This document shows positions 42,754 through 55,191 of a stretch of 64,000 nt of DNA, piece after piece. The DNA is taken from the NCBI RefSeq assembly GCF_902826655.1, contig NZ_CADEFR010000011.1, forward strand, positions 28,214 to 92,213, written 5' to 3'. The position numbers and the translations under genes are program-made. The notes below the pieces were generated by a model. That model worked only from the letters and a program-made list of their open reading frames with translations, was not told the origin of the DNA and searched no databases. Origin of the DNA: an uncultured Methylibium sp. (GTDB lineage: Bacteria > Pseudomonadota > Gammaproteobacteria > Burkholderiales > Burkholderiaceae_C). How positions within the stretch are numbered: the first letter of the stretch is position 1; each line of letters begins with the position of its first letter.

Positions 42754-44064
42754 ATGAGCTCTGCCACACCGCATTCGACGCGCCCGAAGCAAACCTCCTT
42801 CGTCTCCTACGTCAGCCCGACGCCGACCAGCCCCTGGGGCACCTACCTGTCGCAGGTCGACCGCGTGGTGCCCTACCTGGGTCACCTGGGCAAGTGGGCC
42901 GAGACGCTCAAGCGCCCCAAGCGCGCGCTGATCGTCGACGTGCCGATCGAGATGGACGACGGCACGGTGCAGCACTACGAGGGCTTCCGCGTGCAGCACA
43001 ACCTGAGCCGCGGCCCCGGCAAGGGCGGCGTGCGCTACCACCCCGACGTGACGCTCGAAGAGGTGATGGCGCTGAGCGCGTGGATGACGGTCAAGTGCGC
43101 CGCGGTCAACCTGCCCTACGGCGGCGCCAAGGGCGGCATCCGCGTCGATCCCAAGCAGCTGTCGATGAAGGAGCTGGAGAAGCTGACGCGCCGCTACACC
43201 AGCGAGATCGGCATCATCATCGGCCCGCAGCGCGACATCCCGGCGCCCGACGTCAACACCAACGGCCAGATCATGGCCTGGATGATGGACACCTATTCGA
43301 TGAACACCGGCGCCACCGCGACCGGCGTCGTCACCGGCAAGCCGATCCACCTGGGCGGCTCGCTGGGCCGCGTCAAGGCCACCGGCCGCGGCGTCTTCGT
43401 CACCGGCCGCGAGGCGGCGCGCCGCCTGGGCCTCAAGCTCGACGGCGCGACCGTCGCGGTGCAGGGCTTCGGCAACGTCGGCGGCTCGGCGGCCGAGCTG
43501 TTCGCGCAGGCCGGCTCGAAGATCGTCGCCGCGCAGGACCACACCGGCACCATCTTCAACGCCGCGGGCCTGGACCTGGCCGAGCTGATGCCCCACGTGA
43601 AGCAGGTCGGCGGCGTCGGCGGCTTCAAGGGCGCCGAGGCGCTGGAGCCCGAGGCCTTCTGGGACGTCAAGTGCGACATCCTGATCCCGGCCGCGCTCGA
43701 AGGCGTGATCAGCGCCGCGCGCGCCAAGCGCGTGACGGCGAAGCTGGTGCTCGAAGGCGCCAACGGCCCGACCGTGCCCGAGGCCGACGACATCCTGGCC
43801 GAGCGCGGCGTGCTGGTCGTGCCCGACGTGATCTGCAACGCCGGCGGCGTGACCGTCAGCTACTTCGAGTGGGTGCAGGACTTCAGCAGCTTCTTCTGGA
43901 GCGAGGACGAGATCAACGTGCGCCTCGACAAGATCATGGTCGACGCGCTGAAGAAGATCTGGGACACCGCCGATCGCCACCAGATCACGCTGCGCACCGC
44001 AACCTTCGCGGTGGCCTGCGAGCGCATCCTGATCGCGCGCGAGGAGCGCGGGCTTTATCCATGA
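42754..44064 (+). CDS. gdhA: Glutamate dehydrogenase (Glu/Leu/Phe/Val dehydrogenase family)
   Basis: [20 protein letters not shown] (catalytic Lys region) and the dinucleotide fold VQGFGNVG. The ATG at 42754 is in frame with ORF 42643..44064. Confidence 0.92.
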   Translation: MSSATPHSTRPKQTSFVSYVSPTPTSPWGTYLSQVDRVVPYLGHLGKWAETLKRPKRALIVDVPIEMDDGTVQHYEGFRVQHNLSRGPGKGGVRYHPDVTLEEVMALSAWMTVKCAAVNLPYGGAKGGIRVDPKQLSMKELEKLTRRYTSEIGIIIGPQRDIPAPDVNTNGQIMAWMMDTYSMNTGATATGVVTGKPIHLGGSLGRVKATGRGVFVTGREAARRLGLKLDGATVAVQGFGNVGGSAAELFAQAGSKIVAAQDHTGTIFNAAGLDLAELMPHVKQVGGVGGFKGAEALEPEAFWDVKCDILIPAALEGVISAARAKRVTAKLVLEGANGPTVPEADDILAERGVLVVPDVICNAGGVTVSYFEWVQDFSSFFWSEDEINVRLDKIMVDALKKIWDTADRHQITLRTATFAVACERILIAREERGLYP

Positions 44065-44130
44065 TCCACCCCCGTTGCGGCGTCTGCCTGGTCCATGCAG
44101 TGCGATGCCAGGCGCAGTGCACACGCTCGC

Positions 44131-45522
44131 ATGCATGAACTGAGCGCCGACGAGCTGCTCACGCGCTACCGCCGTGGCGAGCTGTCGCCGGTGGACGTGA
44201 CACGGGCGGTGCTGGCCCACATCGAACGCTGCGAGCCCGCGCTGCGCGCCACCTGGGCGCTCGACGCCGAAGCCGCGCTCGATGCCGCGCGCACGAGCGA
44301 GGCGCGGTGGATGCGCGGCGAGGCGCTGCCCCTCGACGGCGTGCCGGTCACGATCAAGGAGAACATCGCGACCCGCGGCACGCCGGTGCCGCTGGGCACC
44401 GCGGCCACCGAGCTGCGCCCCGCCGACGCCGATGCGCCGCCGGCCGCGCGGCTGCGCGAGGCCGGCGCCGTGCTCCTCGCCAAGACCACGATGCCGGACT
44501 ACGGCATGCTGTCCTCGGGCCTGTCGAGCTTTCACGCGCTGACCCGCAACCCCTGGAACCCGGCCTGCAACCCGGGCGGGTCCAGCGCCGGCGCGGGCGC
44601 CGCAGCGGCGGCCGGCTACGGGCCCATCCACCTCGGCACCGACATCGGCGGCTCGATCCGCCTGCCGGCCGGCTGGTGCGGCGTGGTCGGCTTCAAGCCC
44701 AGCTTCGGCCGCGTGCCGATCCAGCCGACGACCTTCGGCCGCGTCGCCGGGCCGATGACGCGCACCGCGGCCGACGCCGCGCTGGCGATGGCCGTGCTGT
44801 CTGCGCCGGACGCGCGCGACCCGATGAGTCTGCCGCCGCAGCCGCTGCCCTGGCGGCACCTGGAGCGCGACCTGCGCGGCTTGCGGCTGGGCCTGATGCT
44901 CGATGCCGGATGGGGTCTCGACCCCGGTGCCTCCGTGCTGAGTGCGGTGCGTGCGGCGGCGCGCGCCTTCGAGTCGGCCGGCGCCGTGGTCGAGACCCTG
45001 GCGCCGTTCAGCACCCGCGACATGGCCGAAGGCATCGACCGCTACTTCCGCATCCGCTCGTGGGTGGACCTGCAAGCCCTGCCGCCGGAACGCCGGGCGC
45101 GCGTCCTGCCCTTCATCGCCGACTGGGCGGCCGGCGCGCGCGGCCTCGCGGCCGAGGACGGCTACCGCGCCTGGAGCCAGTGGCAGGCGCTGCGCGAAGC
45201 GGCGGTGGCAGCCTGCGCGCGCTTCGACTACGTGCTGTCGCCGGTCTGCCCGGTGGCGCACTTTCCCGCCGAATGGGCCGGGCCCACCAACGACCCGGCG
45301 CGTTCGCTCGAGCACATCGCCTTCACGCTGCCGGCCAACGTCGGCGAGCAGCCGGCCGTGTCGGTGAACGCCGGCTACGCCGACAACGGCGTGCCGATCG
45401 GCCTGCAGATCGTCGGCCGGCGCTTCGACGACTGCGGCGTGCTGCAGCTCGCGCGCGCCTGGGAGCAACTGCGCCCGGCGCAGCGGCCCTGGCCCGCGCC
45501 GCCGTTCGCGCCCGCCGGCTGA
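44131..45522 (+). CDS. Amidase-signature (AS) family amidase
   Basis: VTIKENI (catalytic Lys), the GGSSAGAGAAAA signature and GTDIGGSIRLPA. Start at ATG 44131. Confidence 0.88.
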   Translation: MHELSADELLTRYRRGELSPVDVTRAVLAHIERCEPALRATWALDAEAALDAARTSEARWMRGEALPLDGVPVTIKENIATRGTPVPLGTAATELRPADADAPPAARLREAGAVLLAKTTMPDYGMLSSGLSSFHALTRNPWNPACNPGGSSAGAGAAAAAGYGPIHLGTDIGGSIRLPAGWCGVVGFKPSFGRVPIQPTTFGRVAGPMTRTAADAALAMAVLSAPDARDPMSLPPQPLPWRHLERDLRGLRLGLMLDAGWGLDPGASVLSAVRAAARAFESAGAVVETLAPFSTRDMAEGIDRYFRIRSWVDLQALPPERRARVLPFIADWAAGARGLAAEDGYRAWSQWQALREAAVAACARFDYVLSPVCPVAHFPAEWAGPTNDPARSLEHIAFTLPANVGEQPAVSVNAGYADNGVPIGLQIVGRRFDDCGVLQLARAWEQLRPAQRPWPAPPFAPAG

Positions 45523-45525
45523 GTC

Positions 45526-46407
45526 TCAGGCGCGCCGCGCCAGGTCGATGGCGATGCCGGCGAACACCGCGAAGCCGACCCAGTGGTTGAGCCGGAAGGC
45601 CTTGAAGCAGCCCTCACGCGAGCGCCCGCGGATCAGCGTCCAGTGCCAGGCCACCTGCACCGCGGCCGCGGCCAGGCCGATCGCGAACGGTGCGCCCAGG
45701 CCGGCGTGCAAGCCCAGCGCGCCCCAGCTCAGCAGGTAGAGCGCGTAGAAGCCCATCACGCCGCTCACGTCGTGCCGGCCCAGCGTGATGGCCGAGGTCT
45801 GGATGCCGATCTTGAGGTCGTCGTCGCGGTCGACCATCGCGTACTCGGTGTCGTAGGCCAGCACCCAGAACAGGTTGCCGAGCAGCAGCGCCCAGGCCAG
45901 CCAGGGCACGGCGCCCTGCACCGCGGCCCAGGCCATCGGGATGCCGAAGCTGAAGGCCACGCCCAGCACCGCCTGCGGCATCGACACGTAGCGTTTCGCG
46001 TACGGATAGGCGATCGCGATCGCCAGCGCAGCGAAGGACCAGGCGATGGTCGGTCCATTGGTGGTCAGCACCAGCGCGAAGGCCGCGAGCGCCAGCCCCG
46101 CGCCGAGCGCCAGTGCCTCGCGCACCGACACCCGGCCGGCGGTCACCGGCCGCTGCGCGGTGCGCTGCACATGGCGGTCGAAGTCGCGGTCGGCGACGTC
46201 GTTGACGCAGCAGCCGGCGCTGCGCATCAGCACCGTGCCGAGCGTGAACACCGCCAGCAGGTGCCAGCCCGGGAAACCCGCGGCCGCCAGCCACAGCGCC
46301 GACAGCGTCGGCCACAGCAACAGCAGCCAGCCGGCCGGGCGGCTCCAGCGGATCAGGTCCAGGTACAGGGCCAGGCGCGACGCGGGAGGGGAGGTCGAGG
46401 CGGTCAT
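45526..46407 (-). CDS. ubiA: 4-hydroxybenzoate polyprenyltransferase UbiA
   Basis: [25 protein letters not shown] (first Asp-rich motif) and [13 protein letters not shown] (second motif). Confidence 0.92.
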   Translation of the reverse strand: MTASTSPPASRLALYLDLIRWSRPAGWLLLLWPTLSALWLAAAGFPGWHLLAVFTLGTVLMRSAGCCVNDVADRDFDRHVQRTAQRPVTAGRVSVREALALGAGLALAAFALVLTTNGPTIAWSFAALAIAIAYPYAKRYVSMPQAVLGVAFSFGIPMAWAAVQGAVPWLAWALLLGNLFWVLAYDTEYAMVDRDDDLKIGIQTSAITLGRHDVSGVMGFYALYLLSWGALGLHAGLGAPFAIGLAAAAVQVAWHWTLIRGRSREGCFKAFRLNHWVGFAVFAGIAIDLARRA

Positions 46408-46486
46408 GGCGCGGCAACTATGCTGCCACGTCGCCGGCGCTGCCCGGCGCCCGACCCGGCCGCACCTGCAGCGGATCCGCGCGCGT

Positions 46487-46987
46487 TCAGTCTTCCAGCA
46501 GGCTGCGCAGCATCCAGGCCGTCTGCTCGTGCACCGTGAGGCGCTGCGTCAGCAGGTCGGCGGTCGGCTCGTCGCTGGCCTTGTCGGCCAGCGGGAAGAT
46601 GCCGCGCGCGGTGCGCGCGACGGCCTCGTGGCCTTCGACGAGGATGCGCACCATCTCCATCGCCTTCGGCGGCGTGACCGGCGCGTCCTTGATCGAGCTC
46701 AGCTTGCCGAACTGCGCGTAGCTGCCGGCGGCGGGGAAGCCCAGCGCGCGGATGCGCTCGGCCACCGGATCGACCGCGTTCCACAGCTCGGTGTACTGGG
46801 CCATGAACATCGCGTGCAGCGTGTTGAACATCGGCCCGGTGACGTTCCAGTGGAAGTTGTGGGTCGTCAGGTACAGCGTGTAGGTGTCGGCGAGCAGGGT
46901 GTTCAGGCCCTTGGCGATCGCCGCGCGGTCCTTCTCGGTGATGCCGATGTTGATGGCAGGCGTGGCGCTCTTGCTGTTCTTGGCCAT
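46487..46987 (-). CDS. dps: DNA starvation/stationary-phase protection protein Dps
   Basis: [24 protein letters not shown] ... (ferroxidase His/Asp/Glu ligands). 166 aa. GAAGGAG precedes the ATG. Confidence 0.93.
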   Translation of the reverse strand: MAKNSKSATPAINIGITEKDRAAIAKGLNTLLADTYTLYLTTHNFHWNVTGPMFNTLHAMFMAQYTELWNAVDPVAERIRALGFPAAGSYAQFGKLSSIKDAPVTPPKAMEMVRILVEGHEAVARTARGIFPLADKASDEPTADLLTQRLTVHEQTAWMLRSLLED

Positions 46988-47036
46988 GGCGGGCTCCTTC
47001 GTGGATCGGAAGCGACGACTTTAGCGAAGGTGCACG

Positions 47037-47067
47037 AAAGAAAAAGGGGCGGCCTGACGGCCGCCCC
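47037..47067 (-). terminator. Rho-independent terminator downstream of katG
   Basis: The minus strand reads GGGGCGGCC-GUCA-GGCCGCCCC followed by UUUUUCUUU. It starts 17 nt after the katG stop. Confidence 0.8.
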
Positions 47068-47083
47068 GGGTCCGGTCGGGCCG

Positions 47084-49274
<2,191 letters not shown>

Positions 49275-49299
49275 TTAGAGAGTCGGCCGGCGCCCGTCC

Positions 49300-49326
49300 A
49301 TAGGAAAGGATTAAGCACGTCGATAG
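49300..49326. promoter_or_regulatory. AT-rich box with ATAG elements (ATAGgaaaggattaagcacgtcgATAG); candidate OxyR operator / katG promoter region
   Basis: This is the only AT-rich stretch in the oxyR-katG spacer. Two ATAG elements lie 23 nt apart, 65-90 nt upstream of the katG ATG. The OxyR consensus is built from ATAG/CTAT elements. The match is only partial. Confidence 0.3.
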
Positions 49327-49351
49327 CCGCGGCCGAAGGCGGCCGCGCGGG

Positions 49352-50272
49352 TCATGACAGGCGGGTGACGCCCGGCAGCTCGCAGGCGTAGATCGCGTTG
49401 CGCAGTGCGGCAATCGCCTCGTAGCGGGTGAAGGTGCGGCGCCAGGCCAGCACCACGCGGCGCGTCGGCACCGGCTCGCTGAACTTCACGTACCTCACGT
49501 GCGTCTGGGGCTCCTTCGGCACGCTGAGCTGCGGCACGACGGTGAGTCCCATGCCGGACGCGACCATGTGCTTGATGGTCTCGAGCGAGCTGCCCTCGAA
49601 ACTCTTGCGGATGCCCTCGGCGTCGCTGGAGAAGCGCGCGAACTCCGGGCAGACCTCGAGCACGTGGTCGCGGAAGCAGTGCCCCGTGCCCAGCAGCAGC
49701 ATGGTCTCCTTCTTCAGCTCCTCGGAGGACACGCTCTTGCGCCTGGCGAGCGCGTGGGTCGCCGGGCAGGCGACGACGAAGGGCTCGTCGTACAGCGGCG
49801 CGATCGCCAGCCCGGTGTCGGGGAAGGGCTCGGCCATGATGGCCGCGTCGAGCTCGCCGGTGCGCAGCATCTCGAGCAGCTTGACGGTGAAGTGCTCCTG
49901 CAGCATCAGCGGCATCTGCGGAAACATCTCGATCGTGTGCTTCACCAGGTCGGGCAGCAGGTAGGGGCCGATCGTGTAGATGATGCCCAGCCGCAGCGGC
50001 CCGGCCAGCGGGTCCTTGCCGCGCTTGGCGATCTCCTTGATCGACTGGGCCTGCTCGATCACCGCCTGCGCCTGGCGCACGATGTCCTCGCCCAGCGGCG
50101 TGACCGAGACCTCCGAGCTGCCGCGTTCGAAGATCTTGCAGTCCAGCTCGTCCTCCAGTTTCTTGATCGCGACGGACAGCGTCGGCTGCGAGACGAAGCA
50201 GGCCTCGGCCGCACGGCCGAAGTGCCGCTCGCGGGCGACCGCCACGATGTAGCGCAGTTCAGTCAGGGTCAT
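49352..50272 (-). CDS. oxyR: LysR-family hydrogen-peroxide sensor/regulator OxyR
   Basis: MTLTELRYIVAVARERHFGRAAEACFVSQPTLS (HTH) and the redox Cys pair in GTGHCFRDHVLEVC. It lies directly upstream of katG and dps. Confidence 0.9.
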   Translation of the reverse strand: MTLTELRYIVAVARERHFGRAAEACFVSQPTLSVAIKKLEDELDCKIFERGSSEVSVTPLGEDIVRQAQAVIEQAQSIKEIAKRGKDPLAGPLRLGIIYTIGPYLLPDLVKHTIEMFPQMPLMLQEHFTVKLLEMLRTGELDAAIMAEPFPDTGLAIAPLYDEPFVVACPATHALARRKSVSSEELKKETMLLLGTGHCFRDHVLEVCPEFARFSSDAEGIRKSFEGSSLETIKHMVASGMGLTVVPQLSVPKEPQTHVRYVKFSEPVPTRRVVLAWRRTFTRYEAIAALRNAIYACELPGVTRLS

Positions 50273-50385
50273 CGTTCCAGTTCCACGTCCGATGAGGATT
50301 CTGGCGGCATTTGGGCCGGCTGCCATGTACACCGGGGCTTGCCGCGTGCTACTGTGAAGCACGGATACGCCAGGGAGGGCGGCCT

Positions 50386-53136
50386 TTGACGGTGTGGCAT
50401 GCACTGCGGCATTGGGGTCGGCGGGTCGGCGCGACCGTGGCCATGGCGCTGGCCTTCGGCAGCGCCGGGGCGGCCGAGCCGGGCGAACTGCGCTACGGCC
50501 TGCTGGCCGACTTCCCGCCCTTCCAGGTCTGGCCCGAAGGCGCCGACCCCGGCGGGGCCGACCTCGAGATGCTGCGTCGCATCGCCCCGGCGCTGGGCAA
50601 GCGCATCCGCCCGATCCGCTACACCGACATCCAGGCCCTCGAGCGCGACCTGCGCGACGGCCGCATCGATCTCGCCTCGTCGATGGCCCGCACGCCGGAA
50701 CGCGAGGCGGTCTACGCCTGGTCGCTGATCTACGCGCTGATCGACCAGGCCGTGATCACGCGCGCCAGCGAGGTCTCGGGCTCGCTCGGGGCCGACCTGG
50801 CCGGCCGGCGCCTCGCGGTGGTCGTGGGCTACCCCTCGGAGACGCGTTCGCGCGAGCTCTTCCCGCTGGCGCAGCTGGTGCCGGTGCGCAGCATCGAGGA
50901 CGGCCTGCGCGCGGTGCAGGAGGACCGGGCCGACGTGCTGATCGAGGCCCAGCCGGTGATCGTCGACCTGATCGAGCGCCAGCGGCTCGCCGGCCTGCGC
51001 ATCGCGCGCTCGCTGGCCCTGCCGAGCGGCTCGCTGCACTTCGCCGCGCCCCGGGCCCAGGCCGCGCAGCTGGAGTCGCTGTCGGCGGCGCTGGCCGGCA
51101 TGGACGACGCGACGCGCGAGCACATCGTGCGCAGCTGGAGCGTCGAGCCGCAGTTCGTGCGCCGCGGCGGCACGCTCAGCCTGAGCGAGGCCGAACGCAA
51201 CCAGCTCGCCGCGCTGCCGCCGCTGAACGTCGCGCTGGTCGGCGCGCGCCTGCCCTTCGCGGCCTTCGACGCCGACGGCCAGCCGCAGGGCCTGTCGGTG
51301 GACGTGCTGCGCTCGATGCTGGGCCGCCTGGGCGTGCGCATCGGCCAGTTCCGGTCCGCCACCGCGTCCGAGGCCCTGGGCCTGATGCAGCGCGGCGAGG
51401 CCGACCTGGCGCTCGGGCTCCAGCAGGCCACGGCGCTCAGCGACGCGCTGCAGTTCGTCGGGCCCTACATCGAGCATCCTCTGGTACTGCTGGGCCGGCC
51501 CGAAGGCAGCGCCTGGGGGCTGGACCAGCTGATCGGCCGCAAGCTGGCGCTGCCGGCCGTGCACTTCGCGCGGCCGCTGATCGGTGCGCGCTACCCGGGC
51601 ATCGAGCTGGTGGCCTGCGACCCGCTGCCGGCCTGCGTCGACAAGGTGTCGCGCGGCGAGGCCGAGGCGGTGCTGGCCGACGTCGTCACCGCTGCGCTGC
51701 TGCTGGCCGAGGCGCCGCGCAGCGACGTGCAGATCACCGGTGCCGTCAGCGGGCTGCGGCAGGAGCAGAGCATCGCCGTCTCGACGCGCCGTGCGGCGCT
51801 GCTGCCGCTGATGCAGCGCTCGCTGGACGTCACCATCGCCGACGACCTGCTCGAGGTCAAGCGCCGCTGGCTCGCACGGCCCAGCCCGCAGCGCATCGCC
51901 GAGCAGCTGCTGTGGCGCAGCCTGCCGTGGATCGCCGCGACGCTGGCGCTGCTGTTCGCCGCCTGGTGGTGGCACAGCAGCGCGCTGCGTCGCGAAGTGC
52001 GGCGCACGCGGACCGCGCAGGCGCGGGCCGAACAGGCGCGCGCGGCGAGCGAGCGCTTCGTGACCTTCCTCGCGCACGAGGTGCGCAACTCGCTGCACTC
52101 GGTGATCGCCGGCGCCGAGCTGCTGCGCAGCGCGCGCCAGGTGCCGCCGACGGTGGCCGGCTCGCTCGGCGAGTCGGCGCGATCGACGCTGAGCCTGTTG
52201 AACAACCTGCTCGACCGCGACCGGCTCGAGGCCGGCCGCCTGAGCCTGCACCTCGAGCCGGCCCGGCTCGAGCCGCTGTTGCGCAGCGTCGCGGTCGAGA
52301 TGCTCCCGGCGGCCCTGGCCAAGCAGCTGGCGCTGCAGCACGCGGCACCGGCCTACGATCCGCTGCTGCGCATCGATGCGCTGCGCGTGCAGCAGATCCT
52401 GCGCAACCTGGTGGCCAACGCCATCAAGTACAGCGACGCGGGCGAGATCGCCATCGAGGCGCACTGCGAGCCCCTGCCCGGCGAGCCCGCGCGCTGCGCG
52501 ATCGAGGTGCGCGTGCGCGACCAGGGCCCCGGCATCGCGAAGGACGACCTGGCGCGACTCTTCGAGCCCTACTTCATGGTCGGCGGCGGCACCACCCTCG
52601 GCAGCAGCGGGCTGGGCCTGGCGCTGTGCCGCGACCTCGCCCGCCTGATGGGCGGCGAGCTGACGATCCAGAGCGAGCCCGGCCACGGCACCACCGCCGT
52701 GCTGACCTGGCAGGCCGAGGTCGAGGATGCCGCGCCCGGCCGCGCCGGCGCGCTGCCGCGCAGCTTCCTGCTGGTCGAGGATGCCGAGGTCTACGCGATG
52801 CTGCTGGAGCGCGCGCTCAGCGCCCAGGGGCTGCCGGTCACGGTGGCGGGCTCGCTGGCGCGGGCCAGCGAGCTGCTGGCCCGCGAGCGTTACGACGTCG
52901 TGCTGACCGACCTGAACCTCGGCGACGGCGACGCGCACGCGGTGATCGCCGCCGCCGGTGCGCCGCGCGGCGGCGGCGCGCCGCCGGTGGTCGTCGTCAT
53001 GTCGGCCGAACTCGAGGACCTGCAGGTCCGCGCGCTGCGCGAGGCCGGCGTGCAGGCCGTGCTCAAGAAGACCGGCGACGTCGCGCTCTTCGTGCGCCAG
53101 CTGCTGCAGCATCCGGCGCTGCGCCACGTGGGCTGA
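50386..53136 (+). CDS. BvgS/EvgS-like hybrid sensor histidine kinase: two periplasmic SBP_bac_3 domains, TM, HisKA, HATPase_c and receiver (no HPt domain seen); start uncertain
   Basis: H-box FVTFLAHEVRNSLHSV, N/G boxes (RNLVANAIKYS, DQGPGI, GSSGLGLALC) and a receiver domain (FLLVEDAE ... VVLTDLNLGD ... KK). TTG 50386 (AGGGAGGG 6 nt upstream) or GTG 50392 precedes the signal-like VGATVAMALAFGSAGA. Confidence 0.88.
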   Translation: MTVWHALRHWGRRVGATVAMALAFGSAGAAEPGELRYGLLADFPPFQVWPEGADPGGADLEMLRRIAPALGKRIRPIRYTDIQALERDLRDGRIDLASSMARTPEREAVYAWSLIYALIDQAVITRASEVSGSLGADLAGRRLAVVVGYPSETRSRELFPLAQLVPVRSIEDGLRAVQEDRADVLIEAQPVIVDLIERQRLAGLRIARSLALPSGSLHFAAPRAQAAQLESLSAALAGMDDATREHIVRSWSVEPQFVRRGGTLSLSEAERNQLAALPPLNVALVGARLPFAAFDADGQPQGLSVDVLRSMLGRLGVRIGQFRSATASEALGLMQRGEADLALGLQQATALSDALQFVGPYIEHPLVLLGRPEGSAWGLDQLIGRKLALPAVHFARPLIGARYPGIELVACDPLPACVDKVSRGEAEAVLADVVTAALLLAEAPRSDVQITGAVSGLRQEQSIAVSTRRAALLPLMQRSLDVTIADDLLEVKRRWLARPSPQRIAEQLLWRSLPWIAATLALLFAAWWWHSSALRREVRRTRTAQARAEQARAASERFVTFLAHEVRNSLHSVIAGAELLRSARQVPPTVAGSLGESARSTLSLLNNLLDRDRLEAGRLSLHLEPARLEPLLRSVAVEMLPAALAKQLALQHAAPAYDPLLRIDALRVQQILRNLVANAIKYSDAGEIAIEAHCEPLPGEPARCAIEVRVRDQGPGIAKDDLARLFEPYFMVGGGTTLGSSGLGLALCRDLARLMGGELTIQSEPGHGTTAVLTWQAEVEDAAPGRAGALPRSFLLVEDAEVYAMLLERALSAQGLPVTVAGSLARASELLARERYDVVLTDLNLGDGDAHAVIAAAGAPRGGGAPPVVVVMSAELEDLQVRALREAGVQAVLKKTGDVALFVRQLLQHPALRHVG

Positions 53137-53143
53137 ACGGGCC

Positions 53144-55183
53144 TCAGGCCGGCAGCAGCGTGCGGAACAGCCGGAAGGTGTTGCGGCCCGCCGACTTGGC
53201 CTCGTACATCGCCGCGTCGGCCTGCTCCAGCAGCACGGCCGCGGTGGCGGCGCTGTCGGGATAGACCGCGACGCCGAGGCTGGTGGTCACCAGCAGCTCG
53301 TTCGGGCCATCGACCACCGGCTGCGCCATGCGCTGCAGGATCGCGCTGGCGATGGGCTCGATGTCGGCGCTGCCCCGGATGCCGTCGAGCAGGACCACGA
53401 ACTCGTCGCCGCCCATGCGGGCCACCGTGTCCGAGGGGCGCACCGAGGCGAGCAGCCGCTCGGCGACCGCCTGCAGCAGCCGGTCGCCGGCGGCGTGGCC
53501 GAGCGTGTCGTTGATGCGCTTGAAGTGGTCCAGGTCCAGTGCCATGACCGCCACCCGCTCGCCGTTGCGCTGTGCGCGGCGCAAGGCCACGTCGAGCCGG
53601 TCCGCCAGCAGCGAGCGGTTGGGCAGCCCGGTCAGTGGGTCGTGATGGGCGAGGTGGCGGATGGTTTCCTCGGCGCGCTTGCGCTCGGTGATGTCGATCG
53701 CCAGCGCCAGGTAGCCGGTGATGCGGCCGGCGTCGGCGCGGATCGCCGACACCGTCAGGCCGACCGGGAAGCGCGAGCCGTCCTTGCGCAGGTAGGTCCA
53801 CTCGCGTTCGTCCGGGGGGCCGAGCCGCGCCTTGGCACCGAGTGCCTGCAGCGGCGTGATCGGCCGGCCGAACTCGGCCGAGAGCTCGGCCGCGCGGGCG
53901 GCCAGTTCGGCCGGGTCGTGAAGGCGCTCGGGCGTGGCGGTACCGATCAGCTCGTCGGCGCGGTAGCCCAGCATGTCGAGCGCGGCCGGGTTCACCGAGC
54001 GGATCACGCCGGTGGTGTCCACCGCGATGACGCCGAAGCCGGCGCTGTCGAGCATCGCGCGCTTCCACGCCAGGGCCTCGACCAGCTGGAGTTCGGCGGC
54101 GCGGCGCTCGCTGATGTCGAGGGCCATCACGTAGAAGCCGGTGACGGCGCCGGCGGCATCGTGCTCGGGAGTGAACTCGCAGAGGACGGTGATGCTGCGG
54201 CCCCGCACCTCGAGCGGGCTCTCGAAGCGCTGCGGCGTGCCGGCCAGCGCGGCGCGGACGCGCGGTTGCAGTGCCGCCTGCACCGCGGGCCCAAGCAGGT
54301 CGCCGATCGAGCGGCCGACGATCTCCTGCACCGGGATGCCGAAGCTGCGCTCGTACTGTGCGCTGCAGAAGCGGTAGCGCTGATCGCGGTCGACGAAGGC
54401 CACCATGGCCGGCAGCCGCTCGGTCAGCGCGCGCAGCTTGCGCTCTTTCTCCTGCAGCTCGTCGTTGCGGCTGGCCAATGCTTGCGTCATGGCGTTGAAG
54501 TCGCGTGCCAGGTCCCCGAACTCGTCCTGGGCCTGGTCATCGCAGCGCGCCGACAGGTCACCCGCATGCACGAGTTGCGTGCCGGCCTGCAGCAGGCGCA
54601 AGGGACGCAGCACACGGCGCTCGATCAGGAACGCCAGCCCTGCCAGCACCAGCATCACCGCGATCGCCGACGCGCGCACCAGCGAGCGCCGCTGCTGCTC
54701 GCTGTTGCGGCGTTGCGCCGCCAGTTCCTCGGCCACCTGGTGCACGCCGTCGGCGATGCTCTGGGTGCCGACCAGCAGGTGGTCGGCCAGCATCTCGCGC
54801 TGCGCCAGTGCCAGCGGCGTGGGGCCGGCCGCGGCCGTGGCCTCGAGCTTGGCGAAGAGATCGCGCAGGCCGGCGTGGGTCGCGCGCAGCGCCTGCAGCG
54901 TCTGCAGGGCCGACGCGGGCAGGCCGTCGCCGTCCTGCAGCGCCTGCGCCAGCGAGGCATGGCGGGTGTGCCATTGGCGCGCTGCGCGGGGGCTCTCGTG
55001 CAGCAGGTAGTCCTGGCTGAGCGCCAGCAGCGCCGAGGCCTCGCGCGCTGCGGTTTGGGCCTCGGTCTGCGCCGCATCCAGCCGGTCGGCCTCCTGCGCG
55101 GTCCGCACGCCCACGACGAAGGCGCCCGCGCACAGGACCAGCGCCGACGCCGCGGTCGCGATGAGCAGCAGGCGGATGCGCAC
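53144..55183 (-). CDS. Membrane sensor diguanylate cyclase: periplasmic helical domain, HAMP, two PAS domains and GGDEF (canonical)
   Basis: The HAMP region (RPLRLLQAGTQLVHAGDLS ... FGDLARDFNAM) is followed by two PAS regions, then HDPLTGLPNR ... DLDHFKRINDTLGHAAGD ... RPSDTVARMGGDEFVV. A GTG start at 55183 is proposed, before TM1 (VRIRLLLIATAASALVL). The upstream part of track ORF 53144..56137 is out-of-frame overlap with the SBP gene. Confidence 0.86.
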   Translation of the reverse strand: MRIRLLLIATAASALVLCAGAFVVGVRTAQEADRLDAAQTEAQTAAREASALLALSQDYLLHESPRAARQWHTRHASLAQALQDGDGLPASALQTLQALRATHAGLRDLFAKLEATAAAGPTPLALAQREMLADHLLVGTQSIADGVHQVAEELAAQRRNSEQQRRSLVRASAIAVMLVLAGLAFLIERRVLRPLRLLQAGTQLVHAGDLSARCDDQAQDEFGDLARDFNAMTQALASRNDELQEKERKLRALTERLPAMVAFVDRDQRYRFCSAQYERSFGIPVQEIVGRSIGDLLGPAVQAALQPRVRAALAGTPQRFESPLEVRGRSITVLCEFTPEHDAAGAVTGFYVMALDISERRAAELQLVEALAWKRAMLDSAGFGVIAVDTTGVIRSVNPAALDMLGYRADELIGTATPERLHDPAELAARAAELSAEFGRPITPLQALGAKARLGPPDEREWTYLRKDGSRFPVGLTVSAIRADAGRITGYLALAIDITERKRAEETIRHLAHHDPLTGLPNRSLLADRLDVALRRAQRNGERVAVMALDLDHFKRINDTLGHAAGDRLLQAVAERLLASVRPSDTVARMGGDEFVVLLDGIRGSADIEPIASAILQRMAQPVVDGPNELLVTTSLGVAVYPDSAATAAVLLEQADAAMYEAKSAGRNTFRLFRTLLPA

Positions 55184-55191
55184 GGCCGCGC

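Noticed and set aside
41710-45468. 1252-aa ORF on the minus strand, antisense to proC, gdh and the amidase
   Set aside because: It has the same composition artefact. It spans three independent, well-supported plus-strand genes and their intergenic regions.
50269-53127. 952-aa minus-strand ORF antisense to the hybrid histidine kinase; also the +2-frame 956-aa ORF 50394..53264
   Set aside because: Both are low-complexity and Arg/Ala/Gly-rich. The kinase frame carries H, N, G and receiver motifs and explains the region.
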